DNA of 62,860 bases, the filler included. It is 5 parts of 5 records of this genome, joined end to end, with 100 filler letters (N's around TTAATTAATTAA, not from the genome) between each part and the next. Parts side by side here need not be neighbours in the genome. Positions count along the whole stretch, not along the records: positions 1 to 27,838 come from SRR20825006_246; positions 27,939 to 36,470 come from SRR20825006_249; 3 more parts are not named here. One strand, written 5' to 3'. The notes below the pieces were generated by a model. The model searched no databases, was not told where the DNA came from, and worked only from the letters and a program-made list of their open reading frames with translations. This document shows, in pieces, positions 18,727-29,261 of this stretch (positions are counted from its first letter, which is position 1; each line of letters starts with the position of its first letter). The position numbers and the translations under genes were made by a program.

Positions 18727-21165
18727 TTACGGTTTTTTGGGCGGCCGTGTCCCGCCATCACGGAGGATTTGTCGCAAGGTGGTTTGCAGGCGTGCCAGGT
18801 TCACCGGTTTGGCCAGATGCCCGATCATGCCCGCATCGTGGCAGGCATGGATCTTGTCCGGTATGGCGTGGGCTGTGAGGGCAATAATGGGCACCCAGGG
18901 CAGGCGGCCTTCCTGCTGCAGCTTGATCACTGCCCGCGAGGTCTCAAAGCCGTCCATGTCCGGCATTTCGCAATCCATTAGTACCAGGTCGAAAGGCTGT
19001 TCTGCGGACATCAGTACAGCGATAGCTTCCAGCCCGCTCTCCGCAACTTCCGTCTCGTAGCCCAGCTTCTGGCACAGCCCTTCGGCCACCATCAGGTTGA
19101 TGTGGTTGTCGTCCACGATCAGCAGGCGGCCGCCGGACAGGCCTGGCAGGCTGTCTGCGACGGGTTCCGAGGTAAAGGTATCGGCACGTTCCGTGGATGG
19201 GATGGGGAGCCGGAACCAGAAGCGCGAGCCCTGTTTGGGTTGGCTGTCCACACCGATTTCTCCTCCCATGATCTCTACCAGTTGCCGGCAAATGGCAAGC
19301 CCTAGGCCGGTGCCGCCATAGCGTCGACTGGTGGAGCTGTCGCCTTGCTGGAAGTGATCGAAGAGTCGGCGTTGTTGTTCTTCGGAGATGCCGATGCCGC
19401 TGTCCTGTACCTCAAAAAAAGCGTAATCCGCGTTGTCCGAGTCCCGTTGTACCCGCACGGTGATGGTGCCGTTGTCGGTGAATTTCACTGCGTTGCTGAC
19501 CAGGTTTACCAGAATTTGTCGTAGCCGCACCGGGTCGCCAAGGCAGCGTTCACCCACGTGAGGGGCAATTTCCAGGGTCAGGGTGTTGGAGTGAACGTGC
19601 GCCTTGTGCTGGAACAGGGCCAGGGATTCATTGATCAGGTTAAACAGGTTAAAGCTGGTTTGCTCAATGGGCATTTTGCCCGCTTCGATACGGGAATAAT
19701 CGAGAATGTCGTTGATCAGGTTTAGCAGGCTGTTGCCGGACTGTTCAATCACGTTCAGGTTGTGGCGTTGGTCATCATCCAGAGGGGTGCCCTTGAGCAT
19801 GTCCACGGTGCCGATAATGCCGTTTAGTGGTGTGCGGATTTCGTGGCTCATGACTGCCAGAAATTCGCTGCGTGCACTGAGTGCGGCGTTCAGCTCGCCG
19901 GTGCGTTCGGTGACGCGCTGCTCCAGCTCTTCGTTGGCTTCACGCTGAATGCGCGCGTTTTCGCTTTTCAATACGGTCATGCGATGGGCCAGCGCAAACG
20001 ACAACAACAGCGCTTCCGTAAAGGTACCAAGCTGCATGACGTTTTCCAGTATCCAGCCGCCATCGATAAGCTGAAAGGTTTTCAGAATATAGGCGGTGGT
20101 CGCCAGTGCCACGGCAGTGAATGCCAGCAAAAAATAACGGGCCGGGCTGTAGCCCTGTCGGATCAACCAGATAGACAGGGCGATGGCGATAAGCGGCCAG
20201 GGCAGGATAACGGCGGTGCTGGCCTGGATGAAAAAATGAAAATTGACCAGAGTTAGCGGTGCAAAGAGCGCCAATACGCTGGCGGTGGCCACCAACCAGC
20301 GGTTGATGGCGGGCGCGCGCTTTTTCAACTCCAGAAATTGGCAAGTAAACAGAATGGAAAATGCCAGCGTGAGCAGATTCAGGATGGGTAATGAGTAATG
20401 GTTCCACAGCGTGGCCTGGGGCCAGAGCCACTGATAGCTCAGGCCTTCCCGGGTAAACAGGTTTAGGGTGAACGTGCCCAGATAGAGAACATAAAGCAGG
20501 TAACTGCGGTCCCGGATGGAGACAAATATCAGCAGGTTGAACAGGAAAATGGCCACCATGGCGCCGAAATACAGCCCATGAAAAATGGACACCTGGGTGT
20601 CTTGCTGATTGAAGGCGATGGGAGACATCAGCGAGATTGGCAGCTCAATGACATTGTCGCCCTGGGCACGCAGCAGTAGATAACGTTGCGCATTCACCGG
20701 CAAATCAAGGGTGGACACCAGGTGATTGTGGGCAAAGGTGCGGGTGTCGAAGGGAACGCGATCACCAAGTCGGTTGTGCCACAGCCGTGTGCCTTGCCGG
20801 TCGAACAGGTAGAGGTCGAGATAGTCTAGATGGGGGCGTCCCAGCCGGACAAACCACAAGGCCTGTTGGCTCTGGTTGTCGATCGGTACCAGAAACCACT
20901 GCAATCCTTCACGAAAGCCCAGTGAAGGGTACTTGTCGTGAATTTCTTCGCCTTCGCCATCGATAAAGGCCTGCAGGGCCATTTTCGGGCTATAGGCGTG
21001 CTGGCTATCGGCGAGCCATTGCATGCCGAGGGACGCCTGGTAGCTGTCCTGGTTGTCGGTGAGGGTCAGGCTGTGGGCTGACGTGGCCAGCACGAGCAGC
21101 AAAAGGCTGGCAATCCCCTGCCTGAAGATGACGAATCCCTGTGTCATTCCCGATCCTGTTATCAC
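18727..21165 (-). CDS. Hybrid sensor histidine kinase (7TMR-DISMED2 / 7TM / HisKA / HATPase / REC)
   Basis: FLAVMSHEIRTPLNGI, NLVSNAVKFT, GGTGLGLAI, LVLMDCEMP; start could be 21147. Confidence 0.95.
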   Translation of the reverse strand: MITGSGMTQGFVIFRQGIASLLLLVLATSAHSLTLTDNQDSYQASLGMQWLADSQHAYSPKMALQAFIDGEGEEIHDKYPSLGFREGLQWFLVPIDNQSQQALWFVRLGRPHLDYLDLYLFDRQGTRLWHNRLGDRVPFDTRTFAHNHLVSTLDLPVNAQRYLLLRAQGDNVIELPISLMSPIAFNQQDTQVSIFHGLYFGAMVAIFLFNLLIFVSIRDRSYLLYVLYLGTFTLNLFTREGLSYQWLWPQATLWNHYSLPILNLLTLAFSILFTCQFLELKKRAPAINRWLVATASVLALFAPLTLVNFHFFIQASTAVILPWPLIAIALSIWLIRQGYSPARYFLLAFTAVALATTAYILKTFQLIDGGWILENVMQLGTFTEALLLSFALAHRMTVLKSENARIQREANEELEQRVTERTGELNAALSARSEFLAVMSHEIRTPLNGIIGTVDMLKGTPLDDDQRHNLNVIEQSGNSLLNLINDILDYSRIEAGKMPIEQTSFNLFNLINESLALFQHKAHVHSNTLTLEIAPHVGERCLGDPVRLRQILVNLVSNAVKFTDNGTITVRVQRDSDNADYAFFEVQDSGIGISEEQQRRLFDHFQQGDSSTSRRYGGTGLGLAICRQLVEIMGGEIGVDSQPKQGSRFWFRLPIPSTERADTFTSEPVADSLPGLSGGRLLIVDDNHINLMVAEGLCQKLGYETEVAESGLEAIAVLMSAEQPFDLVLMDCEMPDMDGFETSRAVIKLQQEGRLPWVPIIALTAHAIPDKIHACHDAGMIGHLAKPVNLARLQTTLRQILRDGGTRPPKKP

Positions 21166-21283
21166 TGTTATGTGGATACGGAGTTGGTGTTATTGATTCA
21201 TTTTACAGAATTTACCGTAGTCACTGGAACTGTGCGACAAACAACGTCTCGAAATGGGTGACTTAACGGAAAAGGAGTCCTGT

Positions 21284-21835
21284 ATGAAAGTCATTATGCG
21301 TAATGCACTGGTTCTGTCCTGTTCACTGATTGCTGCTCCGGGTGCGTTTGCGGCCGGTCCTTACATTGGTGGTAACTACAGCCAGATTCAGTACGACAAT
21401 GAAGAGTTTGACACGGACACCCTGAAAATTGACTCGGCCACGGTGAGTGCCGGGTTTGAGTTTACCGATTTTCTGGCGCTGGAAGCGCGTGGTGGCTTGG
21501 GGTTTGATGAAGATTCCCAAGGTATCGCGGACTTCGAAATGGACCACCTGTACGGGGGGTACGTGAAGCTCGGCGCGCCCATTGGCGAAACAATCCGCCC
21601 GTATGTCATCGGCGGTTATACCAAGGTGAAAGGCAAGGTGTCGGCCAATGGTACGGTAGCCGGTGTAGATTACTCCTTCAGCGATACCGAAACGTTTGAA
21701 GACGAGTCTTATGGTGCGGGCCTGGATTTCAATATTACCGATACCGTTGGCGCCAACCTCGAATACATGCGCTATGTGGATACCGATGAAGAAGAAATTT
21801 CCGGTATCAGCGTGGGGTTGCGTTCCGCGTTCTGA
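21284..21835 (+). CDS. Outer-membrane beta-barrel (OmpA-like TM / porin family) protein
   Basis: Signal peptide, alternating beta strands, C-terminal Phe; RBS AAGGAG before ATG 21284. Confidence 0.88.
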   Translation: MKVIMRNALVLSCSLIAAPGAFAAGPYIGGNYSQIQYDNEEFDTDTLKIDSATVSAGFEFTDFLALEARGGLGFDEDSQGIADFEMDHLYGGYVKLGAPIGETIRPYVIGGYTKVKGKVSANGTVAGVDYSFSDTETFEDESYGAGLDFNITDTVGANLEYMRYVDTDEEEISGISVGLRSAF

Positions 21836-21860
21836 TTGCCGTAGCCAACTCAAGGATACG

Positions 21861-21889
21861 AAAAGCCCCTCCGAGTGAGGGGCTTTTTT
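21861..21889. terminator. Intrinsic terminator
   Basis: AAAAGCCCCTC-CGAGT-GAGGGGCTTTTTT. Confidence 0.88.
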
Positions 21890-21919
21890 GTGGTGGCTGG
21901 GGCTGCCTGTTGGCGGGCT

Positions 21920-23254
21920 TTAATCTCCGGGTGCTGCTGCGTTGATCGCTTTTTCCAGGTTGGGACGGAATGCGGTGTTCACCCCGAGTTTCATCATGGT
22001 CCAGTAATGCCCGCTGATGACCCGTTCGACCAGCAGACTGCGCGATGAGGGCTGGAATTTGAGCATCTGCTCCAGCGGGGTGCGTTTCACCTGACGCATG
22101 ATGTCGGTATGCAGCTGTGAATCTGCGAAATCGTAGGGCTCGTCATCAAAGGCGCGCAGCAACAGCTCGATCCAGACGGCATAAAAATCATCGCTGACCC
22201 GGGTATCTTTTTTGCGGGCGCCTAGCTCCAGTAGCAGGGTGTCCAGAGCGCCCCATTCCCTGTTGATGGCGGTGCGCACCAGGCGTTTCAGCAATTCGGC
22301 ATCCTGCTCGGGCAGGCGCTTTACCGCGCCAAAGTCGTAGATCACGATGGTGCCATCCGGGCGGAAGGCAAAGTTGCCCGGGTGAGGGTCACAATGGACT
22401 GCACGTAACTGAAAGATTTGCTGGCCGATGGCATCGAAGAGTCGTTCGCCCAACTGGTTACGGGTGCTCTGGTCGAAGCCGTGGGCATCGTCCACCTGGT
22501 CCAGAGGGGTGCCGGTTTCGTAGCTCAGTGTCAGCACCTTCTCGCTGGAGAGGGCGGGGAAAACCTGGGGGATCACCAGCCAGGGCTGGTCCTGGTGGAA
22601 GACCTGAAAATGCTCCAGGTTATTGGCTTCCTGCCGGTAATCCAGCTCCTCATGGAGCTGATTGCGAATTTCCCTGAATACCGCATCCAGTGCTGCTTCA
22701 TCCACTTTCAGCAAGCTGCCCAGGCGTAGAATGCGGCGTAGGTGTTTCATGTCCGAATCAATGGATTCCTTGACCGCTGGGTATTGCACTTTTACCACTA
22801 CCTCGGAGCCGTCCGGAGTCAGCGCATAGTGCACCTGGCCAATGGAGGCTGCGGCAAAGGGTTGTTCATCGAACCGGGTGAATAATTCGTTCAGTGGCGC
22901 GCCGAGTTCGCGCTCCAGTTGCCGGCGTATCACATGGAACGGCATGGGGGCGGAGGCGTTCTGGAGTACTTTCAGTTGATCACTGATTTCGGCGGGCAGG
23001 ATGTCCTGCATCTGTGAGGCAATCTGGCCGACTTTCATGACCGCGCCTTTCATTTCCCCAAGCGTCGCCGCCACTTCCTTGCCGATGTGTTGCAGCAGCT
23101 TTTCCCGGTCAGCGGCTTTTGATTGGTCCGACTGGAACAGCCCCTTGACCTGATGGCCCGCCACGCGGGTGGCGATAGAGGTGGTCATGCCGGTGAGCCG
23201 GAACAGTCGGCCGGTAGCGGTGGTGGGGCGTTTTCGGCGACGATCGTCGGCCAT
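21920..23254 (-). CDS. ABC1/UbiB/AarF family kinase
   Basis: MKGAVMKVGQ, AAASIGQVH, VVVKVQYP, HCDPHPGN, YDFG. Confidence 0.95.
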   Translation of the reverse strand: MADDRRRKRPTTATGRLFRLTGMTTSIATRVAGHQVKGLFQSDQSKAADREKLLQHIGKEVAATLGEMKGAVMKVGQIASQMQDILPAEISDQLKVLQNASAPMPFHVIRRQLERELGAPLNELFTRFDEQPFAAASIGQVHYALTPDGSEVVVKVQYPAVKESIDSDMKHLRRILRLGSLLKVDEAALDAVFREIRNQLHEELDYRQEANNLEHFQVFHQDQPWLVIPQVFPALSSEKVLTLSYETGTPLDQVDDAHGFDQSTRNQLGERLFDAIGQQIFQLRAVHCDPHPGNFAFRPDGTIVIYDFGAVKRLPEQDAELLKRLVRTAINREWGALDTLLLELGARKKDTRVSDDFYAVWIELLLRAFDDEPYDFADSQLHTDIMRQVKRTPLEQMLKFQPSSRSLLVERVISGHYWTMMKLGVNTAFRPNLEKAINAAAPGD

Positions 23255-23380
23255 GATAAAACCTCGTGGGGTTTCTCGTTATGTTTGCGATTGCGTCAAG
23301 GCTAGCGCCATGCAAGGCGTGGGCACAAGGTGCGATAGTGCCAGAAGAGATGGGTGGCGGTTGTGAGAGGGAGAGCAAAG

Positions 23381-23408
23381 AAAAGGGGCCCAAATCGGGG
23401 CCCCAAAA
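23381..23408 (-). terminator. Intrinsic terminator downstream of phasin
   Basis: Minus strand GGGGCCCCGATTTGGGCCCCTTTT. Confidence 0.7.
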
Positions 23409-23463
23409 GGAGAGTAAGCAGAATTAAAACAACACGGTTTACATCATTAACGGTCAAACAGAA

Positions 23464-23892
23464 TCAGGCGCGTTTTTCGCCGGTGGAAACCAGTTCGTTG
23501 AACAGTTTCTCGCCTTCTTCGCGGGCCGTGGCAACAGCGCCCAGTCCAGCCAGCAGGTACTCATTGGTTTCTTCGGCTTTCTCGCCGCGCTCTTTCTTGC
23601 CGGCTTCCAGCAGCTTTTCGTACAAGGCCTGGCGTTTTTCCGGCGCGCTGTCGAGCAGTTCGCGGGCGGCAACCAGAGCGCCACGGCTAGCCAGCAGGGC
23701 TTTAGGCTTGTTCTCGGCGTCGTCGCCAAAGGCTTTGGAGCCGTTTTCGACGTATTTGTTGAGCAGCTCTTCAGAGCCTTCTTCAGCCTTTTCGTAGGCG
23801 CCCAGACCAGCCAGGTACAGCTTGTTACCCAGTTCCTTGGCACGGTTTACCAGAGATTCGCTTTGTTCGCGGAGATCTTTCAGTTCGCCCAT
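23464..23892 (-). CDS. Phasin / granule-associated protein (PhaF/PhaI-like, internally duplicated)
   Basis: KLYLAGLGAYEKAEEG and YLLAGLGAVATAREEGEKLFNELVSTGEK. Confidence 0.8.
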   Translation of the reverse strand: MGELKDLREQSESLVNRAKELGNKLYLAGLGAYEKAEEGSEELLNKYVENGSKAFGDDAENKPKALLASRGALVAARELLDSAPEKRQALYEKLLEAGKKERGEKAEETNEYLLAGLGAVATAREEGEKLFNELVSTGEKRA

Positions 23893-24151
23893 TTCGATCG
23901 TTCCTTAACGTTGTCCGGTGTAAAAAAAGAAAAAATATCTGTGCAACGTTTGTCGCGCTGCGTGGACAAAGAGTAAGGATTCTCGTGGGTAGAGCGCGCC
24001 CTAACTGTCTAACAATTAGACATGAGGAAAGTGACGGCGAAGTTCCAAGGTGTGATATCCATCAAAGTCAGTACGCCAAACCGACCATGGTCGGGATTTC
24101 GTCTCATGCGTACACTGGCAAAAAAGACTGTACCGGCTTAGAGAGAGCGAC

Positions 24152-24532
24152 ATGATTGAAAAGTTTATCGCCAAGGTGCCCTCCCGAATCTGGGCGGATG
24201 GCCGCCCGGCCCGTGCTCGCCAATGGGAGGCCGAGTTCAATGTGGCATCCTGGGTGCGTATCGCGGGTTCACCGGGCAAGGTGCAGCTGCTGGTGCGCTA
24301 TATTGATAACAAGAATGACAAGGCGGTGTTGGTGGATACGGCTGATGTGGGCGGTGAGGGCAGTGCTTTGCTGTCCGGGTCAATCCGACTCAAGCTGAGC
24401 GCCGAGGTGGAGCAGGTGCAGATTTCCCTGCGTCTGGCGGACCCCGCCATGACCCATGTGGTGGAGGAGCTGTTCATGCAGCGGCGCGGTGCGGCACTGA
24501 AGTCTTCCGACAAGTTGATTTCCAACTACTGA
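24152..24532 (+). CDS. Hypothetical beta-rich protein
   Basis: Clean ORF with host-like codon use and purine-rich RBS; no motif recognised. Confidence 0.7.
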   Translation: MIEKFIAKVPSRIWADGRPARARQWEAEFNVASWVRIAGSPGKVQLLVRYIDNKNDKAVLVDTADVGGEGSALLSGSIRLKLSAEVEQVQISLRLADPAMTHVVEELFMQRRGAALKSSDKLISNY

Positions 24533-24570
24533 CTCTGCGTTCCGTACAGTCGGTTGCCTAAAGGCTTGTG

Positions 24571-24762
24571 TCAGCCTTGTCGGCTGACGCGTTGCGGGGT
24601 GGCCGGCCTGTCCGTGTCTTCGCTGTCCTGCGGGCGCACTGTGGCGTCACCGTTGTCGATCAGCGATTCCGGCCAGCTCTGAAAATCCAGCCCGGTGAGC
24701 CGGTTCAGGTTCTGAAGGGCCGCTTCTGGGCGGTGTTTGTGTAAGGTCAGTATCTTGCTCAT
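24571..24762 (-). CDS. Small hypothetical protein
   Basis: 63 aa, ALQNLNRLTGLDFQSWPESL; RBS AGGGA; sigma54-like promoter upstream. Confidence 0.65.
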   Translation of the reverse strand: MSKILTLHKHRPEAALQNLNRLTGLDFQSWPESLIDNGDATVRPQDSEDTDRPATPQRVSRQG

Positions 24763-24793
24763 GGCACTGTTCCCTGGGGTTTGGGATCAATAA

Positions 24794-24850
24794 AGCGAGA
24801 ACTGTGCCAGTCGCGGACTGCTAATTTTCTCTTTTTATAACAAAGACTTA
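24794..24850 (-). promoter_or_regulatory. Putative sigma54 promoter with IHF-like site
   Basis: Minus strand CTGGCAC-AGTTC-TCGCT (24810-24794), one mismatch to TGGCAC-N5-TTGC; TAACAAAGACTTA (24838-24850) resembles IHF consensus WATCAANNNNTTR. Confidence 0.5.
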
Positions 24851-24958
24851 AAAGTTTGCTATGAAAAAGTGCACAGGGCGGCCGGCGGGGGGCGGCAGCA
24901 AGTGACAATTTTGGTAACCCCTGCCTGCAAGCCGGCCCTGTGCTGTTGTCTGGCCTGT

Positions 24959-25795
<837 letters not shown>

Positions 25796-25953
25796 GCTGC
25801 TCTCTCCCGAGCCTGTATGTAGATAAACATGAAACCTACCAAGCGCTTGGTTTGTTGGCAAGTAAACGAGAGTTACTTGTCTCTGCAGCGCGGTGACGCT
25901 ATGGTGGCCTATTCGGTCATTTGGGGCCAGTGTAGCGTAATCGGAATGCAGTC

Positions 25954-26970
25954 ATGACAATTCTAAAAATGGACCCGACGGAGTACTCCGTATCAGCAGA
26001 ATATCTGGCGTTGTTGCTGGATGTGTTGTCCCGGCGCGGTGTGGCCACGGAAACGTTGTTGGCAGATACCCGTATTGAACCCGGTTGCTGGCGTGATCCC
26101 CAGGCGCGCATCACCGCCCAGGATTTTGAAGTGGTGGCGACACGGGCCATGGCGTTATCCGGTGAGCCCTGGCTGGGCTGGGAGCTGGGCGCGTCCATGA
26201 CGTTGTCGTCCCATGGTTTTCTTGGCTATGCGGCCATGAGCAGTGCCACTCTGGGAGAGGCGCTGGAGCTGGCGGTGAAATATTTCCGTACCCGCAGCAC
26301 CCTGGTGCAGCTGGAAACCTTTACCGATGGCGACATGGCCGTGATGCAGATCAACGAGCTGTTGGCATTGGGGGACTTGGCTCCGCTGATCATGGAGAGC
26401 TTGTTCTCCAGTTTCCATTTCATGGGCGAGAAGCTGGTGCCGGGGCTGGATGTGATTGGCGAGTTGCGTTTTTCCTACCCCGAGCCTGACTATTTCGCGC
26501 GTATGCGCCCGGTGATGCCGGTGCCGGTGTATTTCGATTGTGCCTATAACCAGATGCGTTTTCCGGTGGAGCGGATGCAGTACCCGCTGCAGTTTGCGGA
26601 TCCCCGCCTGGCGAGAATGGCGGCGGACCAGTGCGAACAGGAAATGGCCAGCATCAAGCTGCCGCCGCCGTTGTTGGGGCAGGTGCGGCGCATCATTCTG
26701 GGCGGTGGCGGCCGCTTCCCCGGGGTGGAGGAGGTGGCTGGCGAGCTGCATATGTCATCGCGGACCCTGAAGCGCAAGCTGCAACAGCTGGGTACCAGTT
26801 ACCAGGAGGTACTGGATGGGCTGCGCAAAGGGCTGGCGGTGGAATATCTCACTCAGTCGGAAAAAACGGTGGACGAGATTGCGATGACGCTGGGGTATTC
26901 CGATGCATCGAATTTCGCCCGCGCGTTCCGCCGCTGGACCGCGCGGAGTCCCTCAGATTATCGCCCATAG
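25954..26970 (+). CDS. AraC-family regulator (Arabinose_bd_2-type N-terminus)
   Basis: SHGFLGYAAMSSATL; HMSSRTLKRKL; LGYSDASNFARAFRRWT. Confidence 0.93.
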   Translation: MTILKMDPTEYSVSAEYLALLLDVLSRRGVATETLLADTRIEPGCWRDPQARITAQDFEVVATRAMALSGEPWLGWELGASMTLSSHGFLGYAAMSSATLGEALELAVKYFRTRSTLVQLETFTDGDMAVMQINELLALGDLAPLIMESLFSSFHFMGEKLVPGLDVIGELRFSYPEPDYFARMRPVMPVPVYFDCAYNQMRFPVERMQYPLQFADPRLARMAADQCEQEMASIKLPPPLLGQVRRIILGGGGRFPGVEEVAGELHMSSRTLKRKLQQLGTSYQEVLDGLRKGLAVEYLTQSEKTVDEIAMTLGYSDASNFARAFRRWTARSPSDYRP

Positions 26971-27075
26971 CGTGGCGCCTGAGCCGTAGGCTGGATGGTA
27001 GGTTCGCGCTGGTTTGGCGTTGAATCCGGCCATGTGGCATGTGGTGCCATGGGTTGCGTTATTTAAGGAGAGATT

Positions 27076-27486
27076 ATGGCCTCGCTTCACCCCCGTCTTG
27101 CTGCCGACACCCGGGCTCTGGGAGAAACAGAGCTTTGCTGGTTGCGATGGATGAACGATCAGCGGTTTGCCTGGATTATTGTGGTGCCCAAGCGGGACGG
27201 ACTGCGCGAATGGCATCATTTGCCTGAGGATGAGCAGCAGGCGTTGCTGGCGCAGGTGAATGCGCTGGCTGGCCAGCTTGAACAGGTGACCGGCGCAGAC
27301 AAGATCAACATTGGCGCGTTGGGCAATATGGTGCCGCAGCTGCACATTCATATTATTGCCCGTTTTGAGGGTGACGCTTGCTGGCCCGGGCCGGTCTGGG
27401 GTCAGGGTCAGCCTGAGCCCTGGGTGGGCGACCAGGTGCCTGACTGGATTGCCCGGTTAACCTTGCCAGCGGCAGGGAAGGCCTAA
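27076..27486 (+). CDS. HIT-family protein
   Basis: KINIGALGNMVPQLHIHIIARF, WPGPVWG. Confidence 0.93.
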   Translation: MASLHPRLAADTRALGETELCWLRWMNDQRFAWIIVVPKRDGLREWHHLPEDEQQALLAQVNALAGQLEQVTGADKINIGALGNMVPQLHIHIIARFEGDACWPGPVWGQGQPEPWVGDQVPDWIARLTLPAAGKA

Positions 27487-27680
27487 TGGACGGATTGCTG
27501 CCAGTGACAGTCCAGTGTCCACATTGTTGGGAGTCCATCGAGGTGTTGGTGGATCCTTCGGTGGAAGAGCAGGAGTACGTGGAAGATTGCCAAGTATGCT
27601 GCCAGCCGTTGTTGTTTACGGTGGCGGTGCCGTTTGGCAGTGAAGAGCCGCAAGTGGATGTGCGGCCGGAGAATGAGTAG
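27486..27680 (+). CDS. CPXCG-motif cysteine-rich protein
   Basis: CPHCWE ... YVEDCQVCCQP. Confidence 0.9.
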   Translation: MDGLLPVTVQCPHCWESIEVLVDPSVEEQEYVEDCQVCCQPLLFTVAVPFGSEEPQVDVRPENE

Positions 27681-27838
27681 CCGGTTCCATCAGGCGTTGA
27701 TCTGAAGCCGTTTTAGGAGCGTCGCTGGCGGTGTGATAAATCAGTCGCTTACGCGGTGCGAGGTGCGAGAAACGAAAATCATCAGGCTATATCGTGTTTT
27801 GGGGTTGCTTTTCGAAACTCGCTTCTCGCAACTCGATA

Positions 27839-27938
27839 NNNNNNNNNNNNNNNNNNNNNNNNNNNNNNNNNNNNNNNNNNNNTTAATTAATTAANNNNNN
27901 NNNNNNNNNNNNNNNNNNNNNNNNNNNNNNNNNNNNNN
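27839..27938. other. Artificial contig linker
   Basis: N-run + TTAATTAATTAA + N-run. Confidence 0.99.
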
Positions 27939-29230
27939 AGAATACCGAGGCGCCGACCCAGCGTGTTTATCTGGGCCGGGACTTCCGATCGTCGAGCCGG
28001 GATATCGCCCAGGATTGTGCTGTTGCCGTGGCGGCGGCTGGTCTGGTCCCCGTCGATTGTGGTGCCTTGCCGACGCCGGCATTGGCATTACATGCCCAGG
28101 CTAATGACGGGGCAGCGATCATGGTGACCGGCAGCCATATTCCGGCCGACCGCAATGGCCTGAAATTCTATGGGCCGGCAGGTGAGATCAGCAAGGCCGA
28201 CGAAGCCGGAATTTTGGCGGCGCTGAATGAAGAAATCATCGGCGACCGTGATGATGATCCTGTCAACCAGTCGGAGCAGGCCGGCGAGCGCTATTTCGAG
28301 CGGTTCATATCTGTGCTGCCTCCCAATGCCCTGAGTGGCATGCGCATCGGCGTATTCGAGCATTCTAGCGTTGCACGCGACATCTTGGGCCAGGTGTTGG
28401 GCCACTTTGGTGCCGAGACGGTCGGCCTGGGGCGGATTGAAGGCTTTGTACCCGTTGATACCGAGGCTTTTGGCGATGTTGTATTTGCGCCCATTGCGGG
28501 CTGGATACGCGAATATGGTCTCGACGCGGTCATTTCTGCCGATGGCGATGGCGACCGGCCATTGCTGGTAGACGAGACCGGCCGGTTCATTCGCGGTGAT
28601 GTTCTGGGCTTGCTCGCGGCGCGCCATTTGGGAGCACAAAGCGTCGTGACGCCGGTGACATCCAATTCGGCAATCGAAGGACTTGGACTTTTTGGTCAGG
28701 TGTTGCGCACGCGGGTTGGCTCACCTTTCGTGGTCGAGGCTATCAATGGAGCCTCGGGTTCCGTGATTGGCTTTGAAGCCAATGGGGGCACTTTTGTGGG
28801 GCGGGGCGTTGTCGCCAATGGTCGGTCGCTGGAGCCATTAATTACCCGTGATGCTGTGTTGCCCATCCTGTGTGCCCTGGGCGAATGCGTGCGCCACAAC
28901 TTGCCCTTATCCGGGATCGTCACAGGGCTGGCGCTCAAGCACGCTCTGGCGGATCGGCTGCAGAACGTCTCCAGCGAACGCAGTGGCCGGTTCCTGATGC
29001 GCCTGAGGGACGAAGCCGAAGCGGCACGGTTATTCGGTTCGCTGGGGATTTCACGACGCGCCGAAATCGATGGGCTGCAGTTCTGGACCGAAGCCGGGGA
29101 AATGGTGCATTTCCGTGCATCGGGCAATGCGCCGGAGTTGCGCTGCTACGTGGAGGCTGGATCACCTGAGGTCGCTCGGGAACTGCTCGATTGGGGCATG
29201 CAAATGGCGGCCCAGGAAACTGCAAGGTAA
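27939..29230 (+). CDS. Phosphomannomutase (5' truncated by contig end)
   Basis: YLGRDFRSSS, MVTGSHIPADRNGLK, DGDGDRP, GFEANGG, HFRASGNAPELRCY. Confidence 0.95.
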
Positions 29231-29231
29231 G

Positions 29232-29258
29232 AAAAAGGCCACCCGTAGGTGGCCTTTT
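29232..29258. terminator. Bidirectional intrinsic terminator
   Basis: AAAAAGGCCACC-CGTA-GGTGGCCTTTT. Confidence 0.88.
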
Positions 29259-29261
29259 GGA

